From the NCBI GenBank assembly GCA_036172245.1, contig JAYWIR010000015.1, forward strand, positions 1,674,001 to 1,738,000: a stretch of DNA of 64,000 nt, written 5' to 3'. Within the stretch, counting starts at the first letter, position 1. Every line of letters starts with the position of its first letter. The position numbers and the translations under genes were made by a program. This document shows positions 27,501 through 42,200 of this stretch, in pieces. Below the pieces are notes generated by a model. That model was not told where the DNA came from. It worked only from the letters and a program-made list of their open reading frames with translations, and did no database searches. Source of the stretch: Raillietiella orientalis. Its lineage: Eukaryota.

Positions 27501-27860
27501 TCACATACTGTGAATTTATAAATTCGTTTTCAATGAAGGTTTTTCCGAATACTGAGCATGCACATCTGGTCAATGTCGACGAACATGCAACTCAAACTTA
27601 CATCGTTCACATGTTAACCACGGAATTCTCGAAAGCAAGCAAACGTACTCTTGAAAGACTCTTGAAGTCCATGAAGTACCAACCTATTGCTACTCGTTTT
27701 TTCGTATTTACTTTGAAAACGAAGCGAACGAACACCGTACCATCCGCAGGCAAGCCTTACCACTTTTCCCTACTTCCGTTGCTCCGGCGACCAGAACTTT
27801 AATATCGGAATTGCCAGATTTTTTTTTCCGTATATTACGAATTGCACTCGAACTCATCAT
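12539..27860 (-). CDS. RERG/RASL11/12-like Ras-family small GTPase, 5 coding exons
   Basis: Exons are 27860-27761 (MMSSSAIRNIRKKKSGNSDIKVLVAGATEVGKS), 25348-25292 (ALIVRFLTKRYIGQYLDHS), 19044-18971 (DNRYKNEVLVDGEIVGFEIWDFCSK), 18044-17813 (..LEAIQWANCFVLVYSITERTSF..LVGNKND..) and 12765-12539 (..FWEVSAAEQV..RGKSDSVLSKD*). All introns are GT-AG with compatible phases. G1, G4 and G5 are present and there is no CAAX box. Confidence 0.93.
20990..21600 (+). mobile_element. possible degenerate Ty3/gypsy integrase C-terminal remnant in an intron
   Basis: VPHNRKDRRPAGSTLCLGR and ERVWTRHIN loosely resemble TPHxxTGxSPAxLxxGR and WxRHxNQ. The match is weak. Confidence 0.3.
23193..23814. mobile_element. 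MITE-like element with ~117 bp near-perfect terminal inverted repeats
   Basis: 23193-23309 (attctagctcgagctccattcaacttcatttagg...ttggaagagctattt) is the reverse complement of ~23698-23814 with about 3 differences. There is no internal transposase. Confidence 0.85.
24785..24848 (+). repeat. 29-bp perfect tandem duplication (~2.2 copies)
   Basis: The unit tgtactttaggcccgaaacccagatacaa is repeated. Confidence 0.9.
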
Positions 27861-27955
27861 GGTATACGGCTCTGCTGCGGCTTACCCGGACCACGACCGC
27901 ACCATCGCACTCCCCGCTTGCAAGTGAACCGGTGCGATTCCCAGCTATTTTGAGA

Positions 27956-30900
27956 TTACACCATTGCCAAGTTCCGTAAAGTTTGTTGATAAAACTTTCT
28001 ATGAGGCTTGCTGTTTTCCATTTTCCGACGCTTGCTTTCTATCTTTGCTAGCTGCTTTTTGATCTTCCTCTTTGCACCGATTTCGGGATTTGTGACGACC
28101 TGCAAAGGAGGGAAAAAAAATAAAACATTTCATATGAGTGAAGACTCTTGATGTATGTGTGCTTACGGTGGAAAACCGAAGACAACCATTAAAACTTTTA
28201 GATAACTGATAATTTTTGCATACATAAATTATTTTACTGCCTTTCGGAGAGAGATGACAGGGCATTTTTAAGCAATCTATTTATGTGGTGCAAAGAATAG
28301 ATAGGTAATCATTATTTTAAAGAAAAAAAAATCCTTTCTACGATATTCACGGTTCCTTATCAAAAAAAAAAGAGAAATCGATTATCAAGAAAACATCGAA
28401 TCTCACTTTTGGAGGAAGCCATCACCGTTACATAGGGTCGCACATAAAGTGAAAATCATTTTGGGGAAGATTATTGTTCTCGCTTAAGGAAAAATGTTTA
28501 TGGAAGCATCTTAAAGCTCAAATGCTTTCGAAACATTCAAAATTTGCGTTTAGGATACACAGAACAGAAATTAACAGAAATTTCCAAGTTTCACCACGGG
28601 GAACGGTGCACTTGGTTTCTACAAATTCGATTTGATATCCCGTCATTTCTGTCGGCTTAATGTTTTTGTATGGACTTAGTTACAAAAACACGGTTACGGT
28701 TTTCCGTTTCACAAGTCAAAGGCCTGCCCACTTCCTGGATAATCCTTTACTTAAATGTTGAATACTTACTATATTCAAAATAAAATAATATAGGAAACAA
28801 CAATAAAGGAAACTAAATCCCATCTAATCATTAATTCTAATAAGTTGCCCCCCCAAAGGTTACCTTACACAAAAAATTTTGCGGTCATAACGAATAAAAA
28901 ACAAATTCTTGATCAGAACACATTAAAATAACATGCAAAACGAACAAAGGCTAACAACGATCGGCTTACCAATTGAGCTTTTTTCATCTTTTTCCTTGTT
29001 TTATTTTCTAGTTGCTGCATCTGGAGCTTCGCAAATACTTCAGCAAATTCCATTACTCCTATCTTTCCTTTAATCAGTTCAAAAGATTCCTGCACCAGAC
29101 ACTTAATTTCCGAATCTGCTTTAGGATTTAGTATTTCCCTGACTAATGGAGGCAAAAGTTGAGGAAGACACTTATGTAATTCCTCAATTTCCAATTCCAG
29201 GGATATTGCTGCTACAAACTTGACTACAGTTGAGCGCTGCGCATCAGATTTGTTTTAGTTTCATAATACCAAATTTTATCTTACCATTAAAATTTGCTGA
29301 GGAGTTCTGATCATCTCCCTATTAGCAAGCCATTTCATCTTTTTCATCATCCAGATTAACTGAGAATCTGATTTCTGATGCAATAAAACTTTTGAACAGA
29401 TAAGAATGTTACGGAGGCACTGATCTGCTAATTCTTCATTAATTTGTTCTGAGCTAAACACGGAAAGCAGATTTCTTGATAGTTTATCTACGTCTGCAGG
29501 AACTTGTTTCCATAACACAAATTTCGATCCAGTATCAGAAAGATGGTTCGTAATATATTGAGACAGCAACAAACCTATCAGTTTGCAGCATGACTGCTTC
29601 ACCCATATGTGAGGATGCAAAAGCAATGATTCTAAATGTGCTAAAATAAAACAATGTTTTCCTTTCAAAATTGTGAAGATAGTAATTTGTTCATTTGTAT
29701 GAAAATACCGCGTTTAAAGTAAACATAATCAAAAATTAATTAATTTAAAGCAAACATAATCAAAAATTAATTAATTTAAAGCAAACATAATCAAAAATCA
29801 AAATAACGATATGAAAATTAGGAAAAGAAAATGATCACAAAAGACTTATCATTATCACATTCACAACTTGAAAGTTGTCATCGAAATCACACATCATTCA
29901 AATTAGTTTGACAAGATGTGTTGAAATAAGCAGTAATATAAACCAATCAAAAATTCAACTGTTGAATTTCAAGACATGCCTCTCATCAATCAAGAAAACG
30001 AAAAAATTGAAAAGAATTTGGGGTAAAAATTATTTTTCAAGGAAAACCTTACGCATGCCAGTATCACACAATAATGTGTAACTAAACAAAACAATTCTGC
30101 ACTAGGTTATACTTACGCCAAACCTGCTGTACTATGTTCTGCTTTTTATCAATGCTCAGGTCTTCACAGAAAGTGAAAACTTTCATCAGGGTATTAAGAG
30201 AGAAAAAAATAAGTAAATCATGTGAGTTTTCACTTGAACTCTCAGACATTTGCAAATAGTAGCATAGTTTGGGAACTACAGTGGCAATATGATGAGAGAA
30301 AGCTGTCTTTTCCACCTCCACAATGAAGCCAAACATTTGAATGGCCAAACGTTGGCAGGATAATTGTTGATTGGAAAACCAAGAGAAAGTCAGTTCTATC
30401 AATTCATTATGAGTTTGTGGTGGCAATTTTTCAAATAGCAGCTTCAAAGTAGCTGCAATACTTTGACGACAGTCAGCAGATGACTCTCTGGAAAACCTGA
30501 TTCCAAGAACAAAATAGAGCACTGCAGCAAAACTGCTAAGAATGCGCTAAAAAAAAAAGAAAAAAGGATATAGTACAAGTAACACATGCAAAGATCACTA
30601 ACTGAAGACAGGGAAGTCAACAAGGCTTGCAGCATCAGCAATGCTGACTGTCTTCCAAACTCTTCTTCATAATCAAGCTGACTCAGCAAAAAATCTAGAT
30701 TTTTACGGATCTGCCGGCGCTTCCGAAATCTCAAGAGAAAATTGAGGAAAAGATGCCTGGAGCGGTCACGCACAACCCCGCTTGAGGACACAATACTCAT
30801 TCTTCCCACTTTTCTCATTACATCAGTTAGTTCAGGCAACTGTGCTTTTTTGCGAAGTAATAATTGTAAAAAGACAAAGGCAATTGTCTGCCTTGAATCG

Positions 30901-33900
30901 TCATACAAATGCTGCTCAGCATATGTCAGCAGAATATGCAGCTGAGATGTCTCCATCATTATGCTGGGATATTTGCTCATAAGTACTGAAAGGGCCTGGA
31001 ATAAAGTGAAGAAAGTAATAAGAATTTTGTTACATGCACAAACCTTAAACGTGACAGCAACTAAATCAACATTCTCTCCTGGAGCCATCTGCATTCCAGA
31101 ATACTTCTGAAGTGTTTTGATCAATACTTCAATAACATTACTGACATGAGTTTTTAATGTTGGAAGAGGAAGACGAAGGCAGCGCACAAGACATCTTAAT
31201 GACAAGATAAGCACCTACAGTGGTTGTCATGAGATACAGGTCTCATTCAGTGTCTTCCTCTTACTTTTAAATGCTCACATGATATACTTTTCACTAAGTA
31301 AGGAACCAAAGGATCCACCATCTCCAAAATGCAGAGATCCTGCAAATTCTGTTTTTCTCTTTTAAGCAAAAACCAAAGCACTCTTAAAGAAAATTCCACC
31401 ATGAGATTGGTGGAATTCCGGGGTGCACGGAGTGGTTTCAGTGAAGATCGGTTCACATTAGGTTGCACAAGAAATGTATCTTGAGGCTGCAAATGCAAAT
31501 GTTGCTCTTGAACATAAGATAGATCGTCATTTGGAATGCGAAGTTCCTCAAAGTTCTCAGAGAAAATGCCATTTACTAGAATGAACAAACTGCTGGCTTG
31601 CATACTGCTATTCTGCACCAAACCAATGCTTATGGACCGGAAACATTCAGAAATTTTTCGTGCCATTTTACCAGAACGGCACATCATTAATCTCTAACAA
31701 GGAACATCACTTGATATCTTTAACTTCACTATACTGACCTCCTTTAAGGGATGCAACAGCTCTAACAAATGATTAACAGAAATAAAAGTTGCTAGAATGC
31801 GGAGAATACTGTAACTTCTATTGACACGAGCTTCTTTTACTTTTTTGAGAATACCTAATACTTCTTTTTCTTGGCTCACTTCTCCAAACAACTCAGCATC
31901 ACATAAAGCCAATAATGTTGATAAGCAACTGTCCAAATCTCCAGTTTTTAGTTTGGATTTTAGGTGCACTAAGATGGCATGCAAGGTAAAAGTAAGCACA
32001 TGGATCTGATATCCACGATTCAAAACTGCTTTCATTTCCATTAATAGCGAAGGTAAATACATGGGCCCAAGGCATTCAGCAATTTGGATGAGTACCTGAC
32101 GACTCATTTCACGAATGCTCAATGCACGGGATTTCAAAAAAACACATACTTTCAGTATGACACTGCAGTTCCAACATTATTATGAAGAAGAAATCTCAAC
32201 TCTCACCTGGATACATGATCCTCTACATATTGCTGTGGGAACTTCTGAACTAACTTTATCATAGCTAAAGCTATGGGAATCCGTACGATTTCTTCATCTT
32301 CAAAATGAATTCGTCTCTGCAATTTATGCTGGGTCTCATTTCTACTTTTCTGAGACAAAATCTTATGCAGCGTAGGTAGGATTGCATTCAGAACAGTATC
32401 CTGAATGAGTGACCACTTGACTGTATGTGAATCCCCACTTAGAGGATGCTCCTTTTGTTGAATAAATGAACTTTCAGCGATGCATGTTTTCAATGCACTT
32501 TCGTTTTCAGTTATATTGGATACTGACAGTGGTTCTTGAGAATTAGCAATCTCTGGCATTGAAAAAGGAAATGCATCTATAATTGAGACCATAAAGCGAA
32601 TTGCAAGTTTTTCATGCTTGGGATGCTGGGTAAGTGCGTGAATACTACGTTTCAATAGAAATAAATATGGTTTCCAAGAAAGCAAAGATGCAATAACACC
32701 TATGAGCTGGAGTACAATAAGAAACTCTGTTGCAGCAAGAAATTTTTGCTTACATCTACTGCTGCATCAACTACAGGACTTCCCTTGGAATATGACTCAT
32801 TGAACAGATATATCAGTGGAAGTGGAAGAATGTATGATGTCAATGTAGATACGCTAAAATGCCAAGATCTATCTCTAAGTTTGGCTTCCATTCTGAAATT
32901 CAAGCCTCATTTAGCTTTAGACATCATATGAATTAATCCTTACTTCTTAAAAGCTCTACACCGGCGATGAAGTTGTAAATGACGGGCATTTTCAAAAAAA
33001 TCCGAATCGGGATCGTTTAAATTTTGCAGCTGCAATAATTCTTGCAGCACTTTATTCTTTTGGTGACAGCTTTCCACCTAAAATCAACAAGGATGAAAAA
33101 AATAAAAATAAACTCTTACCAGAAATGATAGACACAAAATGAAATCATGCTGCACTTGTTCCTTTCTGCTCCTCAATCCTTTCTTAATTAGAGTCAATGA
33201 TAAACTGATTGTTACTTGAATATTTTTCGGTTGCTCAGGATAGAACTTCGAAAGATGACGAAAAATGTGTTGTAAACAAGCTATGGAGCCATCATGCAAA
33301 GAAAGATCTTCTTCCTAATAAAAGAATAAATTCAAATGCAAACAATTAAGAGAATGCGACCTTTTGTAAAAAAAATGCCACATTATAGATAACAATGTGA
33401 AGAAAAAATAAATCAGGATTTTGCTCTTCTTCCAGTTTCTTCATGATGTTTGTGAATGCTGTCAGGCGACGATTGTAATCAGGTTCGTGGAGTTTTTCGG
33501 GATTCCAAGAATTCAGGCTACAGAGAAGCTCCGATATGGCCTGCAGATGCACATCATTTGCAGACGCATTTTGCATAACCAAACAAAGAAATTGTCTGGA
33601 CTGAATATCATGAATCTGAACAAACAAGGGAGCTAATTGTCTTATATATAGGATGGGTTCAGGTATTTTTTTGATAAGGAGGGATAGCACTTTCAGCAAT
33701 TTCTTGGCTATATCTTGAGAAAACCGCTTTAGAGGAAGACTGAAGATTTGAACCACCACAAGCGCTAACTGAGAACATATGCTTGGCTCAACTACATATT
33801 CAGATATGTTGATGAGAAAATCCAACTGCAATGTAGTCAGTTTTTGCGATGGATTACCCATAACTCGAACCAAAAACTGACTTATTTTGGATAAATGTGG

Positions 33901-36900
33901 TGTCAACAGTTTGCTACCACTGCATTCAAGTTTCATCAGTCCTAGTAACAGGTTTTTGTTACCATTACTACATAAACACTACTAATATACCAGTCTCTTC
34001 GGGATCCAATGGCTGTTTTTCCTCTGCTGCAATGTTTAATTCATGGCAAAGTATATGGTTAAGGATCTCTATAATTCCTTCAATTTGTGACAATGGAACC
34101 CTAGAGAAATCCAGCTGCTCCACAAGAGCAGTTAAAAGAGTGGAATCATAATGCCGGGGATGGCGTTTCTTAAATAAAAAAATAAACCTTGACAGCAATC
34201 AACTACATAAGATACCCTCATTCAAGGTTTACCTGAATTGTTGACTCCAAATAGAAAATAGTCTTAGCAAAACAGGAGATGTTTGTTGCCCATCTTGGGG
34301 CATAGCTTCACAATATGGCCAAACAACTGTGATGAATATAAGATCAATTTCATTTCCATCCCACTGGTAAGAAACAAAGTGCTCAAAAACATCTGCTAGG
34401 CAACTTAAAACTAAATGGTGCATTGACTTCACAAATGACAAATAATGAGAAGTCACTTTTTCACTGTGGTGATGAAGAATTTGGGAAAGAAGACCCAAGG
34501 AGAGCAACAAATGATGCACTATTGATGATAAACTAGATCCTAGCAGATCTCCCAACTGGTGGATAACAACTGCTATAAGCAAAAGGGCATTATTTAACTG
34601 GGTGAGGGGAACAAACTTCTGTGGATTAACGATATGCGGCAGGTCTGAGATAAGACTAGCTACATCTTAAAGAATATCATAAGGTGTCATCCATTATTCA
34701 ATTAGATAGTCACCTAAAGGAAATGAAGAAAAAATATGGAACGCTAATTTCCAAAAAATTTCTCTTTCCTGGGGTTGGCATGCTGACAATACCCGCATTA
34801 TCAAAAATTGCTTAGTACTCAAGCTATTCTTTTTGCTTTTCCCTTTCCCCTCCTTTTGTAGCATTTTCCCATAAAGTAGCCTGCGAAACTCTATTATTAG
34901 CTGCTTTCTCAGGACTCATTACCTCAATACTACTTCCAAAAGTTGTTGACGACAATCAGTCTCCAAATTTCCATTTTCCAGTTGCAGCCCCAAATCCACA
35001 ACTTCGTCACGGAATGTTTTGCCATCGAGTATTCTTATTAATAATTCCCTAAAACAATAATGTAATAATAATAATCATAATCTTACAGTTGCACAATAAT
35101 ATACCTATAAGATTTCAGAAACGGAAATTTATAAGTGAAAATGCAATCTAAAGCCAGTTTCTGAACTATCTCTATGGGAAATGTCAGCAAACTATAATAA
35201 GAAAGCATAAGACCATGAGAATCAAACTTCTGTGGATTATGAAATTTTGCCATTGCTCTCAAGAAATTGCATAACAATCTAGAAATGTACTGATGCAGGA
35301 TTTACATCTCTTGATACTTACTGGATGCTGAAACGCTGATTTACATGCTGGTAGTTGCAGGTTTTCGTCTCTCTGTTTTTTTCAATAGGCTTTGTCAAAT
35401 CCTGAAAGCCAGAATTCTTGGCGTCAAAACATGTGCTCAGTTCCCTGTGATAATCCAATATCTATCAATGAAACCATTGAACAGTAACCTACTGATGCAA
35501 CTGGAAATAAAGGGGTAAAAAATCCTCAGCATGAGTCTCAACCAGTTGAGGGAACAAGACCAAACAACTAGACAAGTTGAGATAATAACTAAGCCAATCT
35601 GTCTCAGCATCCTGATGTAGACTTTCTTCTATCTCACGAAAAAATCCTGCATCAAAGATCTTAAAATTGAAAACGACAAAGAAAACATACCTGAAATATA
35701 GATAAATGGATGTTTGTTTGAATATTGTGGTTCGATAATTTTATTTCGGGTTGCATAAAACACTGCAAAAAAAACATTCCAAAAATTGTTAGCATGTGCA
35801 TATGATTGTATTGCTTGCTTGCATGGATCCCACATAAGTTGAAAAGGGATGTGCAAAATTCCGAGGAGGTACCTGACTGGTGCCTGATGAAAAATTATGC
35901 ATATTTCAATTACTAACTAATTAGAAGCTACCATGCTAAAGTCGTAGCTAATGGATAAGTCATTTAGAGATGAAGAGAATTCCAGTTTCTGTATCAGGAG
36001 CACTTTATCTCGATAATTCTGCAATGTAACCTGAGTATCTTCAATCTGAGACATAATCCTAAAAGTACTGTAGCAATCAACATTTGCAGGATCATCTAGA
36101 AGTGATGGTGACAAACTGGTAAGAATGTGACATGTATGCAATCGAAGCTAAAATTCATTAATAACATATTTTAAACACCTACTGAATTAAATTACTGGTA
36201 ATATTTACCATTGGATTTTCAGAACTCAAATTAGTTTTTAATTCTTCATAAAATGAATACAATAGGGCATTATTTAATAGATCTGGTTGCACTGGCTTAA
36301 TAAGAATAAGCCATAGCTCTACAATACGCAAGATATGCAAATTATCGTGATATTGCTGCACTAGTTTTAAAATATCAGACAAATTGATGATTTTGGATAC
36401 TTCCAGCATGGGAGCCAACAAGAAATATATTTCAAGAGCCAAGCTCAAGAAAAACAATTTTTTGTTTTCATCACAAATCAACTTTTCCAAGGAAATATCT
36501 TGAGTTTCTTCTTGTTGAGAATACAAGCTTGCAATGTGATGATCATTAGAAATTAAAGGAAACAAATCTTTAATTAATAACAACAAGCTATCAGTGTTGG
36601 GCACAGGTTTCAGATAAGGAAGACATAATAAAGAACACAGAAATGCATCTTCATTCGAGTTCACACTGCCTAGATTGTCCATTATTAACTGAGGTAATGA
36701 TTGTTTGGAAAATCCTACCTCTAACCTGAAATCAACTTCCCTTAAACCCCCATCAGTTATAAAAATTCGAAATACTTTTCATGACAACAACTGAAATCCA
36801 GATAGTAAGGTTTCCAAGAAATGAACTGTTCTCCTGTGCAAGGCAATTTACATTTGCAAAAGGTCAAACGGGCTATTGATAGCAAACAATCACATAATAA

Positions 36901-39253
36901 CGATTTCGAATACTGTTCATCCAGAGTTTTTTGCAAATAATGCACAAATCGGGGAAGAACAAATGCATCAAAGAATTGAAGCTGATGAACATTTTCAATA
37001 AATTGGAACACAGCATGGGGTTGCCAGATGTTCGTAAATATCTGCAAATGGTAAAGCATACTATACAAATGTAACAGTTTTATCCACTAGGTTTCTCATA
37101 CTCAATGCAAAAAAATGATCTGGATTTTCAAAAGATTACAATAGAAATTACTACTCAAATTGTTAAAAACACAATGAGCATTAGAGAAAAACATAACTTT
37201 CAATAATATGAATAATTTATTCTTGACATGTAAACCTAAACAATCATAATCATAATTGATTATTCATATTTTTCAATTACATAAATATGAATAATCTGCA
37301 TAAGAGGAGCAAATTTTCTTGTTTAACCTGAGGGACATGTGGTTAATCATATAAGTTTGCAACACACTTTTCTTAGTTACTGGGAATATTTGAATAATTT
37401 CTGACTTGAACTTACTATGTCAAGAGTATCAGTAACCAAAAAAAAGTAGTTTTCAGAGGCAGATTGCAACAATGAGGCAAAAGATTTAATAAGGATATGA
37501 CTTCCTGAAGATAAGCAAAATCCTTCTTTCTGACTAACGTTTTTTAAAACAAGAAACAAAGCATTTACATCATGAATCAATGTGCCTTTCTTAAAATCAA
37601 TCCAGATGTACAATAAACTTAGATACACTGAGAGTTTCTGATTGTCAGCTGTTTTTTGAACCCAATCCTGAAAAGCATCAAGATGCATTTCATATGCATA
37701 ACCCAAGATAAAAAAATATTCCAATAGTTTTACTTACAAAAAGAATTTCCCAAACACATGATGAGTAGTTTTGATTTGTATGTGCTGCCATTAGGGATAG
37801 CATATCACCTAATGAAGCTAACAGTAAGGTCTGATTTACTTCTGAGAAAAGACTGAAAATTGCATTCAAAACATCATTAACACAACTATGGAACTGAAAT
37901 CTCAATCCTTTAACAACTTCAAAAAACAACATTCCTGCTCCTGTAATGTCTGTTTTCTAAAAATAATATTACATCATGACTGTTTATTTGAAGGATAAAT
38001 TCACACTCACAGCATTTGAAGTGCTTAATTTTAGCAGAACAGAATTGAAAAAATTCTTCTTATCTTTAACTTTTCTTACTAAAAATGCAAAGCTTTCAGC
38101 TGCAAATCTCTTGATGTGAACAGGATTTGTTTCATCAAGAAGGGAAGCATACAAGTCAAAGATGTTATAAATATCTTGAACAATGGATTTCCAAAGAAAC
38201 TTAAACAAGTGTGCCAAGCAATTAAAGCAACACTCTATTAACTCAACTTTATTACAGTGTGCCTTTTTTGCTATGATTTTAAAAAATTCAGGGAACTCAG
38301 GATAAAAGTCATTCTGAAGATCTCTTGCTAAAGATACTACAAGTCTAGAATTGAAACAAAGGACTTCTATATTCAACATGCATTTCATTACACTTCACAT
38401 ATTCATGATTGAAGCATATGGAAGTTTATGTTTTGTCCAAAAATTTTATTCTCCTTTTCATAGAAAACTTACAAAGACATAGTCAAACTCCATTAAAAAC
38501 TCTTTAAGCAATAAAGATTCCAAAATTACAATTCAACTACTATGCAATTTAGTAAAGATAAAAATGCTATTTACAAAATCTATTAAACTTTTGAGAGTTT
38601 CAAGTAAAAAAACTTTCTAGTACTAGCTGCTATTATTTGATTCTTGAATAATCACTTACTCTAACAATGGTTCATTAGAAAATTCATGTTCCAATTGCAA
38701 ATGTTTTTTCAGAACGTCAACTATATGGCGTTTTTCATGAACAAGTTGGGGTAAACTTTGTATATCTTTTCCAATGTCCCTTAAGAAGTCAGCAAAACTT
38801 TCTGTACAATTGAGTTCTTTCCATTTCATCACAGACTCATAAAAAAACGTATCTTCTTCTTCAGGTAATTCACTTCTATTGTATCTCCAATTATGAACAA
38901 CATTAATAGTAATATTGGACACTCTTTCAGCAAATGACTGGAACTACGAAAAGAAAATCATATCACTCAGATGCTAAGAACTCACAAATAATACAACTTT
39001 TGAAACATACAGAAATCCGAAAAATAGCACTGAAAAGCTTTATCTCAAATTTACCATCTAATTAAATTGAAACTTCCAACTAAAAAAAAATGTTCAATTA
39101 CAGAAACCCCATCATTAATTGTTACGGGACTTCACATATTCCAAGTAGAAAAGTTGACATTTTTGCTGATATTACAGAAACAATGCATTTTATTCCACCA
39201 ATACTCACTGTGAATGTATTTGATGATTTATGCCGATGAGATTTATTTTTCAT
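27956..39253 (-). CDS. UTP20: small-subunit processome component UTP20 (DRIM), multi-exon
   Basis: The first exon 39253-39209 reads MKNKSHRHKSSNTFT. It is followed by FQSFAERVSNI..TFFYESVMKWKELNCTESF, LVVSLARDLQNDFYPEF, RFAAESFAFLVRK, EPDYNRRLTAF, LNRGYQIHVLTFTLH, ELFGEVSQEKE and QLDYEEEFGRQSAL. The last exon 28099-27956 reads VVTNPEIGAKRKIKKQ..LAMV*. Confidence 0.96.
29721..29798 (+). repeat. 31-bp intronic tandem repeat (~2.5 copies)
   Basis: The unit aaacataatcaaaaattaattaatttaaagc is repeated. Confidence 0.85.
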
Positions 39254-42200
39254 GATGCTTTAGGAAAATATTGGACAATTACTTAGCAATCCTTTCATTG
39301 TAATTCAAACTCAGCGTATGTGTTGCAAAATGCTAAAAATAACGATTTAGTTACACATTTTGTATACTGTTTCTTAAATCCTACACTAAATATCCTAATA
39401 CACTCAAAATTTACGTGAAGGGTTCTTTCAAGATCCACACCTAATATCACAGACAGTGAATGTTTAAATTTGTGTTCTGAAAAATCATTTTTTCGGTATT
39501 TTACTACCCAAGCAACTTAAAGTATAGCTGAATCTCTAAACATACTTTACAGGACGGAATAATTTATAATAAAACTGTAATTGAAATGCACTCTAGCAAT
39601 CATAGATTCTGCATTGCAAAATTCACAATAATTTGTACTTATTTCTAAAATTCATAAATGATCGTAGAATTTTAAATTTGAGAATACATTACAGAATCCT
39701 CCGATTTTTTATGACTAAATGCATAAATGCATCGAGTTTACATTGTTCCGAACTTCAGTATTCCTTCATTCAAATTGAAATATTAAAAATAGATTTAATT
39801 CATTCAAATTCCACTTTGATAGAATTGATCGAATGAACAAAACCAATCGAATCACATACTTGTCATTTCACTTACAGAAAACATTGAAAAATTAAATATG
39901 AAATTAAGAAACAACATGAAAAAAAAAACTCTAATGCACTAAAACTTGCGAAGCATACATTCAAGATTGTTATTTGGAAACAGCAGACCACCTTGTGGAG
40001 AATTTTAATTATCCTACAATTCTCAAATTCTTCAGATCCACCAAAACGGCCTTTAGAAATCTGGGCACGACCCACGTTCCTACGATCATCCCCATCACCG
40101 ATCTTGCAGGAATCGCACACACCGCTTTTGCTTTACAACATTTACACGTGTTACTCTGAAAAAGGTTTTTTTCCTGGTCGAAACATGATTTCGTTCTAAA
40201 ATAAATAAAAATAATCAGCTACTAAAATTAAAATTACTACCCAATGGAAACAATCGGATTTCGAAAGCATGAAAGTTTTAATGAATTATTTAAGATCATA
40301 ACGATTTTAAATGTATAAAATAAGTGCAATGTATAAAATGCACTTATTTGAAGAGTGCTCAGATTCTTGCTGAACAGTGTTTCTGGATACAAAAAGGAGG
40401 TATACCTCAATGTAATTTTTTCTTGTGGATAACATGTCCTTTTTTAACAACATATATGAAAGTATAAATACCAGCAGATATGTACATGAACAGATAAACA
40501 TTAAAACACGTGTCAGATGTAGACCATCGATATGACGGCTGAATACAACTCTTCAGTTTTACAATCTAATTAAATTCATCTTGTATGGTTCATAGTTACT
40601 TAATCCACACTGAATCAGACAGGCTTAATTGACATCTTCATATCGCTCACTTTGGTTACAATTCTTGATCGTTTTTTCCCTCGTTTTGTAAGTGAAATAA
40701 CTGATTTAATATCTGCAATTAATGTACATCAACTTTGTTCCTTACTTGCTTTGAAAAAGCAAAGAGTTTTGAACTTCCGTGCAAAAATAAAATGTTTGCG
40801 TTTTGTAATGCTACTATACATGAACATATAATACACTTCTTCAACTGATGTAACAGTCACAGCTAAATTGATTATAGTATAGTAACAGACAGTCAAATGA
40901 ACCTCATTTAAGATTATTCGAACCTGATTAACAAGATACTTCCTTAAAAATGAGTTTGCTGCTCTGGAAAAAATATGTGAACATTCTAATAGAATAACAA
41001 CAAAACCATTACGTGGAAAAGAAACTTCGAAACTGTTCCTTTGCATGGAGGACAGAATAACTCATTTGTTATTTAAATTTATTCTTCATTAAAAATGTGG
41101 TCTTAGTTCTTTTACAGCATTATACACGGAATTGCACTTTTGATTCCCTCACACATTCTTATACAGCGAAATAGTGTTGCATTTTTATATTTCGATAGTT
41201 TTAATTTAATCAATATATGAACCATATAAAGGATTGAATACTCCTATGATGCTTCATACAAATCAATCATACATGCAGTAGTTAAAAACAATATTATTTA
41301 CAGGAAGAATTTGCAGACATAAAGGTAATGTATTCAGATTACAATGATCAAAGTAATAAAAAGAAGGTGGTTCTTGAATATTAATGTCCAATAAGTCCAA
41401 AAATGTTGCACTTGAAGAGATATTACGTTGACAATGTATAAAGAATACATATTTTAAATAATGGAATCTCTGTAATTTGTCGTCGGAGCATTCATGATAT
41501 ACTAATAAATCTAACTGTACTAATAAATCTAACTTTACCTTCTAAAACTAATAGGAAAAACTCAAAAAAAAATCCTTTCTTCATTTTGAATTATGTGAAC
41601 TCATACTTTTCAGTTGACAGCTATAAAGTTCATTAATGTGACTGTAGTTTTATGTTCAATTTGTAACCGTCATTAAATGTAAACTGTACCCAATTTTAGT
41701 TTTTCTACAAAATAAGATCAAAGAACTTCTCTTTCTTTTGCAAAAATGTATGCGCAACCTCTGCAAATTAAACAAATGAGCAACTGGATCCTAGAAACCC
41801 AATGCATTTGTATTTCAGTAAACAACAAAATGAAAGGAAACAAAGCATCGAAATCTGCTTCTTAGACTTATTTTGTTTGAGGAATTGGAAAATTCAAAAT
41901 ACCATTTACATGTGAATGGTCTAAACTACAATATCAATCCTTAAAGTAGGTAAATCCTAGTAAGTACCTAAAAAAAAAAAAAAAACAATCAAAGCTGAAA
42001 AGGACATTCTAACATAAGTTCATAATTTAATAAGGCGCAAACGAAAAATAGTCACTTTTTGATAGATATGAACGAATTCATTGTGCCTCACAGATAGGAG
42101 AGCATATATTCCGACTTGGAAATGAATATCTAGAATATTGATTGCATTTAGATTCACTCAGAACATTGAAGATGAAAACACCTTAAATAAAATCTTCAAA

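Noticed and set aside
27880..27945. GGTGCGATTCCC resembling a Pol III B-box or tRNA T-arm
   Set aside because: The box is imperfect and there is no A-box or cloverleaf.
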